From the NCBI GenBank assembly GCA_017937765.1, contig JAGBCY010000003.1, forward strand, positions 40,550 through 104,549: a stretch of DNA of 64,000 nt. The letters run 5' to 3'. This DNA comes from Alistipes sp. GTDB taxonomy: Bacteria > Bacteroidota > Bacteroidia > Bacteroidales > Rikenellaceae. The notes under the pieces were generated by a model. The model saw nothing but the letters and a program-made list of their open reading frames with translations, made no database searches and was not told where the DNA came from. The position numbers and the translations under genes are program-made. The first letter of the stretch is position 1; each line of letters opens with the position of its first letter. Positions 28,551 through 38,116 of the stretch are shown piece after piece.

Positions 28551-29753
28551 ATGGTAATTTTGGTTCTTAACTGCGGTAGCTCGTCTATCAAGTATCAGGT
28601 GCTTGATGTTCTGGAGTCGTCGCACACGCTTCTGGCCAAGGGTCTTGTAGAGCGTATCGGTCTTCCTGAGGGTGATCTTACACATAAGCCTCAGGGTAAG
28701 GATAAGTTTGAAGTTCGCTGCCCGATTCCCGATCATACGACGGGTATTCGTTTGGTGCTCGACGCATTGACACACCCCGAGCACGGCGTTATCTCATCGC
28801 TCGACGAGCTTAAGGCTGCGGGTCACCGTGTGGCTCACGGTGGTGAGTTCTTCCACGATAGCTGTCTCGTTGACGACGATGTTAAGGCTAAGATTGAGTC
28901 GCTGTACTCGATTGCTCCGTTGCATAACCCCGCAAACCTCGAGGGTATCCTCTCGATGGAGAAGGTGTTGCCCGGTATTAAGCAGGTGGCCGTGTTCGAT
29001 ACATCGTTCCACCACACGATCCCCGCAATCAACTATATGTACGCTATTCCTTACGAGTACTATGAGAAGTACCGTGTGAGAAAGTATGGCTTCCACGGCA
29101 CAAGCCACAAGTTCGTGGCACGCGTAGGTGCTGAGATGTTTGGCCTCGATTTCGAGAATTCGAAGATTGTGACCTGCCACATCGGTAACGGTGCGTCGGT
29201 TACGGCTGTGAAGAATGGTAAGTCGTTCGATACGTCTATGGGCTTCACTCCGCTCGATGGCCTTGTGATGGGTACACGCGCCGGCTCGATGGATGTTAGT
29301 GCTGCTACATATGTTGCCGAGAAGGAGGGTATGTCGTATAAGGAGCTCGACACGATGCTTAACAAGCAGTCGGGCGTTCAGGGCCTCACGGGCATCTCGA
29401 GCGATATGCGCGATATCGACGCAGCGTACGACGAGGGTAACGAGCGTGCCATTATGGCTCGCGATATGTACTTCAACCGCGTTAAGAAGTTCGTTGGTGA
29501 GTATGCTGCCGAGATGGGTGGCGTTGACCTCGTGGTATTCACTGGTGGCGTAGGCGAGAACTCTCCCGAGTTGCGCGAGTATGTGTTGAGCAATATGGAG
29601 TTTATGGGCATCGAGTTCGACGCTGTGCGTAACCGTGGCAAGCGCGGTACAGATTACGAGATCTCGGCCGAGGGTTCACGCGTGAAGGCTGCCGTTATCT
29701 GCACCGACGAGGAGCTCGTTATTGCTAAGGATACATTTAGACTTACAAAGTAA
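28551..29753 (+). CDS. ackA: Acetate kinase
   Basis: ILVLNCGSSSIKY, GHRVAHGG, APLHNP, YGFHGTSH, FTGGVGEN; TACCTTTG promoter at 28466-28473. Confidence 0.97.
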   Translation: MVILVLNCGSSSIKYQVLDVLESSHTLLAKGLVERIGLPEGDLTHKPQGKDKFEVRCPIPDHTTGIRLVLDALTHPEHGVISSLDELKAAGHRVAHGGEFFHDSCLVDDDVKAKIESLYSIAPLHNPANLEGILSMEKVLPGIKQVAVFDTSFHHTIPAINYMYAIPYEYYEKYRVRKYGFHGTSHKFVARVGAEMFGLDFENSKIVTCHIGNGASVTAVKNGKSFDTSMGFTPLDGLVMGTRAGSMDVSAATYVAEKEGMSYKELDTMLNKQSGVQGLTGISSDMRDIDAAYDEGNERAIMARDMYFNRVKKFVGEYAAEMGGVDLVVFTGGVGENSPELREYVLSNMEFMGIEFDAVRNRGKRGTDYEISAEGSRVKAAVICTDEELVIAKDTFRLTK

Positions 29754-29895
29754 GCGACTTTAGTTTCTATGGAGGTAAATGCCGAGGAAGTCTCGGTGTT
29801 TGCCTCGTAGAGTCGCGATGTGTTTGTTAGACTAAAAAGAGTCGTTATAAGGATAAAGAAAGAGAATAAGACATTAAATAAAACCTAAAACTATT

Positions 29896-30798
29896 ATGAT
29901 TAAGCATTTGGATGATATCGTTGCTGCGGCCGTGGCTCGTGGCAAGAAGAAGATGATTGTGGCTTATGGCCAGGATACACACTCTATCGGTGCAACCGAT
30001 ATGGCTATCAAGGCAGGTCTTGCTGAGGTGACGCTCGTGGGTGATCCCGAGGAGATCAAGAAGTCTTGCGAGGCTGAGGGCGTAGATATGAGCCAGTATA
30101 CCATCATCGAGGAGAAGGAGGATGTCAAGGCTGTTGAGATCGCTGTTAAGGCTGTGCATAACGGCGAGTACGACGTGTTGATGAAGGGTGTTGTTCCCAC
30201 AGATAAGTATATGCGTGGTATCTTGAACAAGGAGTGGGGTTTGTTGCCCGCAGGTACTACCCTCAGCCACGTTACCGTTCTTGAGATTCCTAAGTACCAC
30301 AAGTTGCTCGTTGTGAGCGACGTTGCGGTTCTTCCTTGCCCCACGCTCGACCAGAAGAAGCAGATCGCTAAGTATCTGTTGGAGACTGCCAACAACCTCG
30401 GTGTTGAGTGCCCCAAGATGGCGTTCATCGCACCCTCGGAGCAGTTGCTTCCTAAGGTAGTTAGCTCGGTTGAGGCTAAGGAGCTCGGCGAGCTCGGTGC
30501 TGCTGGTGAGCTCGGTAAGGGCTTGTTCCAGGGTCCTTTGGCTTTGGATGTTGCTATCGACGAGGAGTCTGTTAAGATTAAGAAGTTGGAGGGTCCCGTT
30601 GCTGGTGATGCAGACTGTCTGTTGTTCCCCAACCTCGAGTCTGGTAACGTATTCTTCAAGGCTTGCTCTAAGTTTGGCGGTGCTGAGTTGGCAGCTATGG
30701 TTGCAGGTCCTATGGCTCCCTGCGTGTTGACATCACGTGGCGATACTACTAAGACTAAGTTGTACTCTATCGCACTCGCTTGCTTGTCAGCAAAATAG
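29896..30798 (+). CDS. ptb: Phosphate butyryltransferase / phosphate acyltransferase
   Basis: DVLMKG, LSHV, GPLALDVA, VAGDADCLLFPNLESGN, VLTSRGD; directly upstream of buk. Confidence 0.88.
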   Translation: MIKHLDDIVAAAVARGKKKMIVAYGQDTHSIGATDMAIKAGLAEVTLVGDPEEIKKSCEAEGVDMSQYTIIEEKEDVKAVEIAVKAVHNGEYDVLMKGVVPTDKYMRGILNKEWGLLPAGTTLSHVTVLEIPKYHKLLVVSDVAVLPCPTLDQKKQIAKYLLETANNLGVECPKMAFIAPSEQLLPKVVSSVEAKELGELGAAGELGKGLFQGPLALDVAIDEESVKIKKLEGPVAGDADCLLFPNLESGNVFFKACSKFGGAELAAMVAGPMAPCVLTSRGDTTKTKLYSIALACLSAK

Positions 30799-30830
30799 TC
30801 GACCTACAAAACCTGAAAAACAGATAAGTA

Positions 30831-31898
30831 ATGGCATATAACATTCTTACAATCAACCCCGGTTCTACAAGTACTAAGGTGGCATTGTTCCACGACTTGG
30901 AGCAGGTTAAGACCCTAAAGCTTAGCCACTCGGCTGAGGAGATTGCTCGCTTTGCTACGGTAGCCGACCAGCTCGACTGGCGTATGGATATTATCCTCGA
31001 CGCACTTAAGGCCGACGGCATTGAGCTAAAGTCGCTTGATGCTGTCATCGGCCGTGGTGGTCTTATGCGTCCTATCGAGGGTGGCGTCTACCGCGTTGGT
31101 GAGACTATGATTGCCGACCTCTCGGCTCCTAAGCGTCAGCACGCCAGCAACCTCGGTGCTCTCATCGCACGTCGTATCGCCGACGCTGCTGGTGTTGAGG
31201 CATATATTGCTGATCCCGTTGTTGTCGACGAGCTTCAGGATATGGCGCGCGTGAGCGGCCTCAAGGAGTGCCCTCGTCGCTCAATCTTCCACGCTCTGAA
31301 CCAGAAGGCTATCGCTCGTCGCTATGCCGCGGAGGTGGGTCGTCCCTATGAGGACTTAAACCTCGTGGTAGTACATATGGGTGGCGGTATCTCGGTGTCG
31401 GCACACTGCAAGGGTCGTGTTATCGACACGAACAACGCGCTGGATGGTGATGGTCCTATCGCTCCCGAGCGTGCTGGTACGCTCCCCGCTGGCGACCTCG
31501 TAGACCTCTGCTTCTCGGGTAAGTACGACAAGACGGAGATCAAGAAGATGTTGGCCGGTAAGGGTGGCCTTGTTGACCACGTTAACTGCAACAACGTTCA
31601 GGAGTTGAACGAGATGCGTGCAGCTGCTGGCGATAAGGAGGCTCGCTTTATGCTCGACACTATGTCGTACACGATCTCTAAGTGGATTGGAGAGATGACT
31701 GTTGTGTTGAAGGGTAAGGTTGACGCCATCCTTCTCACGGGCGGTATCGCTTGGAACGACTGCGTTAACGACATCATCGTTGACTACTGTAAGTTCCTCG
31801 CTCCCATCAAGATCTATCCCGGTGAGAACGAGCTCGAGTCGTTGGCCGAGAATGCGTTGCGCGTGTTGAGGGGTGAGACAACAGCTAAGGAATATTAA
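30831..31898 (+). CDS. buk: Butyrate (branched-chain carboxylate) kinase
   Basis: INPGSTSTK, GRGG, HASNLG, HALNQKA, HMGGGISV, PGENE. Confidence 0.96.
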   Translation: MAYNILTINPGSTSTKVALFHDLEQVKTLKLSHSAEEIARFATVADQLDWRMDIILDALKADGIELKSLDAVIGRGGLMRPIEGGVYRVGETMIADLSAPKRQHASNLGALIARRIADAAGVEAYIADPVVVDELQDMARVSGLKECPRRSIFHALNQKAIARRYAAEVGRPYEDLNLVVVHMGGGISVSAHCKGRVIDTNNALDGDGPIAPERAGTLPAGDLVDLCFSGKYDKTEIKKMLAGKGGLVDHVNCNNVQELNEMRAAAGDKEARFMLDTMSYTISKWIGEMTVVLKGKVDAILLTGGIAWNDCVNDIIVDYCKFLAPIKIYPGENELESLAENALRVLRGETTAKEY

Positions 31899-32047
31899 TA
31901 AAGTTATCTGTTGGGCTCTTTTGGCATCTGCCCTGACAGCCAAATGCTCATTTACGCCTTAGTAAACTGCGCTTTGTCTGACTGCGAGCAGCTTCAAAAT
32001 AGCCTCAATATATAGCTTTCAGGCTGTGTAACCTATAAACTTATAGG

Positions 32048-32464
32048 ATGAAAATTTTAATTATCAACGGTGCGAACCTCAATCTGTTGGGGAGTCGCCA
32101 ACCTGAGATATACGGACGTGAGAGCTTCGAGGATTACCTCGGGGCTCTTCGCGCACGTTACTCGGAGCATACACTCGACTATTACCAGTCGAATATCGAG
32201 GGCGAGCTTGTCGATGCCCTTCAGCGTGCCGACGGAGCCTACGATGGCGTCATCCTTAACGCTGGCGGCTATACCCACACATCCGTGGTTTTGAGGGATG
32301 CTGTGGCTGCTGTGGCTGTGCCCGTTGTCGAGGTACACATCTCGTCGATACTCTCGCGCGAGGAGTTCCGCCACGTGTCGATGATTGCCCCCGTGGCCGT
32401 AGGAACGATTATGGGCTTCGGTATGGAGTCGTACCGCTTGGCCGTGGAGCACCTTATAAAATAA
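32048..32464 (+). CDS. aroQ: Type II 3-dehydroquinate dehydratase
   Basis: INGANLNLLGSRQPEIYG, QSNIEG, NAGGYTHTS, EVHISS...REEFRH. Confidence 0.95.
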   Translation: MKILIINGANLNLLGSRQPEIYGRESFEDYLGALRARYSEHTLDYYQSNIEGELVDALQRADGAYDGVILNAGGYTHTSVVLRDAVAAVAVPVVEVHISSILSREEFRHVSMIAPVAVGTIMGFGMESYRLAVEHLIK

Positions 32465-32503
32465 TTAGTAATTAGTAGTGAGTAATTAGTAATTAGTAAT
32501 TAG
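32462..32503. repeat. Heptamer tandem repeat (TAATTAG) x6
   Basis: Five exact copies and one variant (TAGTGAG) between aroQ and the flippase gene. Confidence 0.85.
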
Positions 32504-32532
32504 TGATGGCTAATTGCTTGATTTGTCGTTAG

Positions 32533-33978
32533 ATGCAGAGGTTGGAGCATAAGGTTGCAAGTGGTGTTGCGTGGAGTTTCTCGGAGAAGCTCCTCTCGAT
32601 GGTCGTGCAGATGGTGGTGAGTATCATCGTGGCGCGTCAGCTTGCTCCTGCCGACTTCGGCGTGATGGCCATTATGACCTTCTTTACATCGGTGGCCTTA
32701 GCTATTGTCGACAGCGGCTTCTCGCAGACGCTCATCCGCAAGGCCGACCCTACGGATGAGGATTACCGTTCGGTGCTCGGCTTTAACGTCGTGGTGTCGG
32801 TGGTGCTCTACGTGCTCTTCGTCGCTGCGGCATATCCGCTCGCAGAGCTATACTCCGCACCAGTTATTCGCGACATTGCCCCTGTACTCTTCCTCGTGCT
32901 GCCCATAAACTCGCTCTGCGTGGTGCAGACCGTGATGTTTACGCGTGAGTTCCGCTTCGCACTGCTCTCGAAGATTGTCTTTGTCGCTTCGCTGGTGAGT
33001 GGTGTTGTGGCTGTTGTGATGGCTGTTGCGGGGTGCGGCATCTGGAGCCTCGTGGCCCAGCGACTGCTTATGATGGGCATCAAGGCCGTGGCCTTCTGGT
33101 CGATACGTAGGTGGCATACCACGGCACGCTTTAGCTTCGCTGCCCTTAGGGCTATGGCACCCTTTAGCCTCCGCTTGCTTACGACCGACCTTATCGCCTC
33201 CATATATAATAATGTGGCGCAGCTCTTCATCGGCAAGATGCACTCTACGGGAGTGCTCGGCTACTACTCTCAGGCCCAGAAACTTAAGGATCTGCCTGTC
33301 ACCTCCACGGTTCAGGCGGTGCAGGGCGTAACATATCCCGCCCTCTCGAAGCTCGAGGGCGACGATGCGAAGTTCTCGGCGGGCTATCTTCGCATCCTTC
33401 AGCTACTGTCGTTCGTGCTCTTCCCCGTGATGCTTGGCCTTGTGGCTATCGCGCCCGATATGTTTATGCTGCTTTTAGGCGAGAAGTGGATGCCCACGGT
33501 GCCCTATTTCGAGATCTTAGCACTCTCGGGTATGGCCTATCCGTTGGCCGTCGTGTCGTATAACATTCTGAAAGTGAGAAGCGATGGCCGTGTTATCGTG
33601 CGCCTTGAGGTGGTTAAGCGCGTCATTATGACCGCTGTGCTATGCTATACCATCCCTCGCGGTGTGGAGTCTGTGGCGTGGGGTATGACGGCTATGGCTT
33701 TCGTGGAGTTTTTTATCAATACTGTGGCAGCCCTCCGCTACCTATCCATCGGTGCTGTCAGGCTGCTCGCGACGCTTCTGCCGCAACTCGCGCTTGCTGT
33801 GGTGATGTTTGGCGCGCTCTATCTGTTGGAACCGTATGCAGCCTCATTATCTCTTGGCCTAAGGCTTGTGGCTGAGATAGTTGCGGGCGTTATTGTCTAT
33901 GCCGCCGGGGCATTTATCTTTAGACTCCGTGCCCTTCGTGAACTTCAGAGTCTCCTTCGTGGCTATATCGCAAAGTAG
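32533..33978 (+). CDS. Polysaccharide flippase (WzxC/PST family)
   Basis: ARQLAPADFG, DSGFSQTLIR, LGYYSQAQKL, LLGEKW; many TM segments. Confidence 0.88.
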   Translation: MQRLEHKVASGVAWSFSEKLLSMVVQMVVSIIVARQLAPADFGVMAIMTFFTSVALAIVDSGFSQTLIRKADPTDEDYRSVLGFNVVVSVVLYVLFVAAAYPLAELYSAPVIRDIAPVLFLVLPINSLCVVQTVMFTREFRFALLSKIVFVASLVSGVVAVVMAVAGCGIWSLVAQRLLMMGIKAVAFWSIRRWHTTARFSFAALRAMAPFSLRLLTTDLIASIYNNVAQLFIGKMHSTGVLGYYSQAQKLKDLPVTSTVQAVQGVTYPALSKLEGDDAKFSAGYLRILQLLSFVLFPVMLGLVAIAPDMFMLLLGEKWMPTVPYFEILALSGMAYPLAVVSYNILKVRSDGRVIVRLEVVKRVIMTAVLCYTIPRGVESVAWGMTAMAFVEFFINTVAALRYLSIGAVRLLATLLPQLALAVVMFGALYLLEPYAASLSLGLRLVAEIVAGVIVYAAGAFIFRLRALRELQSLLRGYIAK

Positions 33979-33987
33979 CCCCGTATC

Positions 33988-34923
33988 CTAAAAATGTGTA
34001 AAACCCTTGAGGTCGACATCTGTTGGTGTGCCATCCTGCATCCAGCGGAGTTCGCCCGACTGTGTCGTGCGACCTATGGCCGTGAGTGTCGTGCCCGTAG
34101 CCTTGAGAAGTGCCTCAGCGACAGTGGGGTAGCTCTCTGCCGCAACGGTCAGAAGTAGCTCGTAATCCTCGCCACCAGTCGTTGCAAAGCGTATGTCGTA
34201 GTCGGTGGGTATCGCACTTAGCTCGATGTCGGCACCCACGCCCGATAGCTCCATAATATGAAGAATGTCTGATGCTATGCCGTCCGAGATATCCATCATA
34301 GCGTGAACCTCGGGACGAGCACCCAGCCACGTGCCCTCCGCAATGCGTGCCTGAGCTACGCGGTGGTGGCGTGCTGCGGCGGTATTGAGGTCGCCAAACA
34401 TTATGTCGACGAGACCCTTTGACGACGTTCCGAGCTTGCCCGTGACGCATATCACATCGCCTGCCTCGGCCGCCGAGCGACGCTTGATGTTATGCTTCGG
34501 GGCGCGACCTATGGCCACGACATTTATCGAAATCCTATCGCGCGACGCCGTGGTGTCGCCACCCACGAGTGCCACGCCCGTCTCGTGGCTTGCCTCGTAG
34601 TAGCCACGCATAAAGCCTTCGCTCCATTGGCCCTGAGCATCCTCAGGGAGCGCGATGCTCAGAAGCGATGCAATGGGACGCGCTCCCATTGCCGCCACGT
34701 CCGATAGGTTGACCATAAGACTCTTGCGCCCTACCTCCTCGGCCGAGGATGCCGAGCGCAGGAAGTGTACATCCTCGACGAGCATATCCGTGGTCATAAC
34801 GAGCGCATCGTCGCCCATATCGAGCACCGTGCAGTCGTCGCCTATGGGTTCGAAGCCGTGGTGGGCGAGCGGGCCAAACATCGTGGCAATGTCGCCGATA
34901 AACGAAAATTCCGATTTTTTCAT
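33988..34923 (-). CDS. thiL: Thiamine-monophosphate kinase
   Basis: Start MKKSEFSFI; IGDDC, TTDMLVEDVHF, NLSDVAAMG, GGDT, MDISDG, GGEDYELL, GFTHF. Confidence 0.95.
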   Translation of the reverse strand: MKKSEFSFIGDIATMFGPLAHHGFEPIGDDCTVLDMGDDALVMTTDMLVEDVHFLRSASSAEEVGRKSLMVNLSDVAAMGARPIASLLSIALPEDAQGQWSEGFMRGYYEASHETGVALVGGDTTASRDRISINVVAIGRAPKHNIKRRSAAEAGDVICVTGKLGTSSKGLVDIMFGDLNTAAARHHRVAQARIAEGTWLGARPEVHAMMDISDGIASDILHIMELSGVGADIELSAIPTDYDIRFATTGGEDYELLLTVAAESYPTVAEALLKATGTTLTAIGRTTQSGELRWMQDGTPTDVDLKGFTHF

Positions 34924-35007
34924 AGCGCAAAGGTAACGAAACCCCCAATTAAAAGCAAATTGGAGCCCACAATTGTAGACTCCGATGCAGTGCAAGTTAG
35001 CTTCTCA

Positions 35008-36453
35008 CTATTGAATCTTGAAGCGATATACTGCGCGGGCAGTAAATATCTCATCCTTCTTCGGGTCGAGACATACGACGCTATCATCCATAAAGGCGAT
35101 AACCTCGACCAGTGACTCCGAGGTCTCGTTCGACGACCAGTAGTAGGTCTCGACGAAGGGCTCGCCGCCATTATCCGTGAGTAACTTATTATACTCCGCA
35201 ACGCGTGGTGAGTCGAAGTCGCGAGCACCATCCGTGATGGCCTCCCACATCCACTGTAACTCCGTCGACGAGGGCAGGAACCAGCCCTCGCCCTGAGCCA
35301 TACACCACTTGAATGCAGGGTAGTCGTTGATGTTCATACCGTAGTAGTCGAACGGATCGTAGGTGTTGTAGTCGCCGCGCTGCGAGATGCAGTTGCACCA
35401 CTCGTAGCGCGTAGACCACTGTACGTCCTCCTCCTTGAGCGACATAATGTAGCAGTAGCTGTCGTAGCCCACAATGGCGGTGTAGTCGCTATTGTAGATC
35501 GGGAAATCCTTGATGGCGAAGACTACGCCCTTCTTTCCGTTACGGTTGTAGAGCGTGCCCGGCGTGTAGCTCTCGGGGATGATGGGCAGCACGTGGCTCA
35601 TATCCACCGCGAGGGTATTCAATGCTCCGGCCTCGAGTCGAAGCTCTCTCTGGGCGGGGATTGTCACCTGCCTTGTGTATGTCGCACCGTTGCATACCAC
35701 CCTCACGCTGAAGCTGTCGCCCTCGGTGAGCTGTACGGGGAAACTATTGAAATATATGGGGGTGTTGGTAGTTATGGGTGTGGGGTAGTTGAGTGTTATC
35801 TCGTTATGCGCTACACCCACCGCACCATACTCCTCCACCTCGCCCGTGGGCAGGTTTACAGACACAAGACCTGCAATTGTCCTGTCGGGTATGATGAATG
35901 TCACTCGGCTAATCGTTCCATCCGCAGGCAGACCCTTAAGCGTGAGCTTGTTCATAGCCACGATACGCTTGAAGCGCATCATAAGGCTTGTGGGTTGCTC
36001 CGAGGTCTCTATCTGCTTGGCGATGAGTAGGTCGCAGCTCGGGTCAAACGATGTCGTCGTGGGGCTCTGAGTCGCGCTAAGCGATAGCTTGAGGCTTGTG
36101 ATGTCGGTGTTCCACTGGGCACAGAAGAGGCTCTCGGCGGGGTAGAGGCCGTTGTAATCGTAGGGTGGCGTGCTGCTCGTGGGGAATGTCACGCCAAACG
36201 TTGCGTGGCCCTCTCGGTCAATCGAGGCGTCGGTCGACTCCACGTGCTTGTCGTTCTCAAAGACAACGATCCTATCCTCCCCGCTCCACGCAACGCGATT
36301 CTCCGTCTCGCTGAGCTCGGTACGCGTAGCGTCCTCTGTCGTGACGGTTATCGTATGCCACGCCGCGGTGTTGGTCGTTGGCTCCTCGTCGTGGCCACAA
36401 GCCGCAAGTATGAGGCCCGCGGCTATGATGCTAAGTAAAAGTCTAAGTCTCAT
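35008..36453 (-). CDS. Fimbrillin-like lipoprotein with C-terminal DUF1566/C-type-lectin-like domain
   Basis: Start MRLRLLLSIIAAGLILAAC; ATRT...VAWSGEDRIVVF; C-terminal YPAFKWC...GWFLPSSTEL...YYWSSNE...ARAVYRF. Confidence 0.7.
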   Translation of the reverse strand: MRLRLLLSIIAAGLILAACGHDEEPTTNTAAWHTITVTTEDATRTELSETENRVAWSGEDRIVVFENDKHVESTDASIDREGHATFGVTFPTSSTPPYDYNGLYPAESLFCAQWNTDITSLKLSLSATQSPTTTSFDPSCDLLIAKQIETSEQPTSLMMRFKRIVAMNKLTLKGLPADGTISRVTFIIPDRTIAGLVSVNLPTGEVEEYGAVGVAHNEITLNYPTPITTNTPIYFNSFPVQLTEGDSFSVRVVCNGATYTRQVTIPAQRELRLEAGALNTLAVDMSHVLPIIPESYTPGTLYNRNGKKGVVFAIKDFPIYNSDYTAIVGYDSYCYIMSLKEEDVQWSTRYEWCNCISQRGDYNTYDPFDYYGMNINDYPAFKWCMAQGEGWFLPSSTELQWMWEAITDGARDFDSPRVAEYNKLLTDNGGEPFVETYYWSSNETSESLVEVIAFMDDSVVCLDPKKDEIFTARAVYRFKIQ

Positions 36454-36469
36454 AGTTGCGATTCTGGGG

Positions 36470-36619
36470 TTAGAATATGCCATTATCGTTAACATCGAAC
36501 TCCTCACCCGCTTCTCCCACGTCGCCATAGCTCGCGTTGAAGCCCAGCTCTACGTCGACCGTGTAGGCCTCGGCAATAGGGGCTGTGTACGGCTGCTCCT
36601 CTAATCTTATCTCTCTCAT
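36470..36619 (-). CDS. 49-aa acidic small peptide with YxxP motif (below the ORF-track cutoff)
   Basis: Hand translation MREIRLEEQPYTAPIAEAYTVDVELGFNASYGDVGEAGEEFDVNDNGIF*; host-like codons; fills the intergenic gap; AGGAGG just upstream. Confidence 0.75.
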   Translation of the reverse strand: MREIRLEEQPYTAPIAEAYTVDVELGFNASYGDVGEAGEEFDVNDNGIF

Positions 36620-36646
36620 AACCTCCTATATTATATTTATAAACGA

Positions 36647-36675
36647 AGGGCTGTCCTAAGTATTCGGACAGCCCT
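36647..36675 (-). terminator. Stem-loop after the 466-aa lipoprotein gene
   Basis: AGGGCTGTCC...GGACAGCCCT followed by TCGTTT on the minus strand. Confidence 0.6.
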
Positions 36676-36691
36676 ACAATCGTCTGATCGG

Positions 36692-38092
36692 TTACTCTAA
36701 CTTGAAGCGGTAGGCTGCACGTGCGGTGTAGACGTTATCCTTCTTAGGATCGAGACATACAACGCTATCGTTCATAAAGGCGATCACCTCGACAAGATCC
36801 TCCGAGGTCTCGTTCGATGTCCAGTAGTAGGTCTCAACGAAAGGCTCGCCACCGTTCTCCTTAAGGAGCTTGTTAAACTCGTTAACCGATGCCGCCTTGA
36901 AGTCGCGCTCGCCATTGGTCAATGTCTCCCACAACCAGTTAACCTCGGTCGATGAGGGCATAAACCATCCATCGCCGTGGTCCATACACCACTTAAACGC
37001 GGGGTAGTCGTTGATGTTCATACCGTAGTAGTCGAATGGATCGTAGGTGTTGTAGTCGCCACGCTGGTAGATGCAGTTGCACCACTCATACTTCGTCGAC
37101 CACTGCAAGTCCTCCTCGTCGAGCGATACGATGTAGCAGTAGGTGTCGCCGTGGTTGTCGGCCTTGATGGCAAAGATGAGACCCTTGACCGTACCGTCGT
37201 CGTAGATTGTACCTACCTCATACTTACCCACCAACTCGGGGTTGTAGGCATCAACCGAAACGAAGGGCGATGTGATGCCATTGTAGCGTGCACGGAAGGT
37301 GTAGGCACCAGCCTCTGTTGTCGTGAAGGTAGCATCCTCGAGTACCTCGTTGGTATTCTCTACGTAGATCTCGCTCTTAGCGGTGACATCCTCCTCGCCG
37401 TATGTTACGGTGAAGGTTGCCTTCTCCTGGCCGTCGGCCTTGATGCTCTTTACATCAACAGCGAGGCGGAGGCTCTTCTCCACGGGAGTCTCAACAGCCG
37501 TAGCGGTGATTGTCACCTCATCCGACTTGTAGCCATCCCACTCAGCCACGAACGAAAACTCGCCAGCAACATCCGTCACGAAGGTTGCGCCCTCGAGCTC
37601 CGTGTCGTAGTTCACAACGGTGATGGTGCTCTCGGCAGTGCGGTCAACGCCCTCGACCGTTACGGTGAATGTAACAGCGTCGGCGTTATCGGCCTTAATC
37701 TCGCTCTTGTCAGCCGTGAGAACTACCTCAGGGTCAGTGTCGGGTTCGTCGCCACCGCTCTTTGTTGCCGCGATAGTCACATACTCCGATGTTGTCGCGC
37801 CGAATGCCGCCTTGAAGCGGTAGTTGCCAGCCTCGGTTGCGGTGAAGGTTGTACCCTCAAGGATTGAGTTATCCTCGAGGTTGATGATCTGGCACTCCGC
37901 GGTGCGGTCCGTGCCATTGACCAATACCTGGAACGTCACGGCATCCTGGCCATCTGCCACGATCGTGAGTTTGTCAGCCTTGAGCTCTACGCTCGGGGTC
38001 TGGTCGTTGGGGACATTGGTAGTGCCCTCCTCGCAGGCGGTGAAGCCAACGAGGAGTGCCATAGCGGTGAAAATCGACAGAAATCTTTTCAT
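36692..38092 (-). CDS. Lipoprotein with three Ig-like (Big-1/invasin-like) repeats and C-terminal DUF1566-like domain
   Basis: Lipobox GFTAC; repeats LKADKLTIVADGQDAVTF / LTADKSEIKADNADAVTF / LAVDVKSIKADGQEKATF; C-terminal domain shared with 35008..36453. Confidence 0.75.
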   Translation of the reverse strand: MKRFLSIFTAMALLVGFTACEEGTTNVPNDQTPSVELKADKLTIVADGQDAVTFQVLVNGTDRTAECQIINLEDNSILEGTTFTATEAGNYRFKAAFGATTSEYVTIAATKSGGDEPDTDPEVVLTADKSEIKADNADAVTFTVTVEGVDRTAESTITVVNYDTELEGATFVTDVAGEFSFVAEWDGYKSDEVTITATAVETPVEKSLRLAVDVKSIKADGQEKATFTVTYGEEDVTAKSEIYVENTNEVLEDATFTTTEAGAYTFRARYNGITSPFVSVDAYNPELVGKYEVGTIYDDGTVKGLIFAIKADNHGDTYCYIVSLDEEDLQWSTKYEWCNCIYQRGDYNTYDPFDYYGMNINDYPAFKWCMDHGDGWFMPSSTEVNWLWETLTNGERDFKAASVNEFNKLLKENGGEPFVETYYWTSNETSEDLVEVIAFMNDSVVCLDPKKDNVYTARAAYRFKLE

Positions 38093-38116
38093 CGTTTATA
38101 CTATTAAATATATCGG

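Noticed and set aside
35008-36860. Diversity-generating retroelement TR/VR pair
   Set aside because: Differences between the two C-terminal copies are mostly synonymous and not confined to adenines; both copies are coding; no reverse transcriptase in the window
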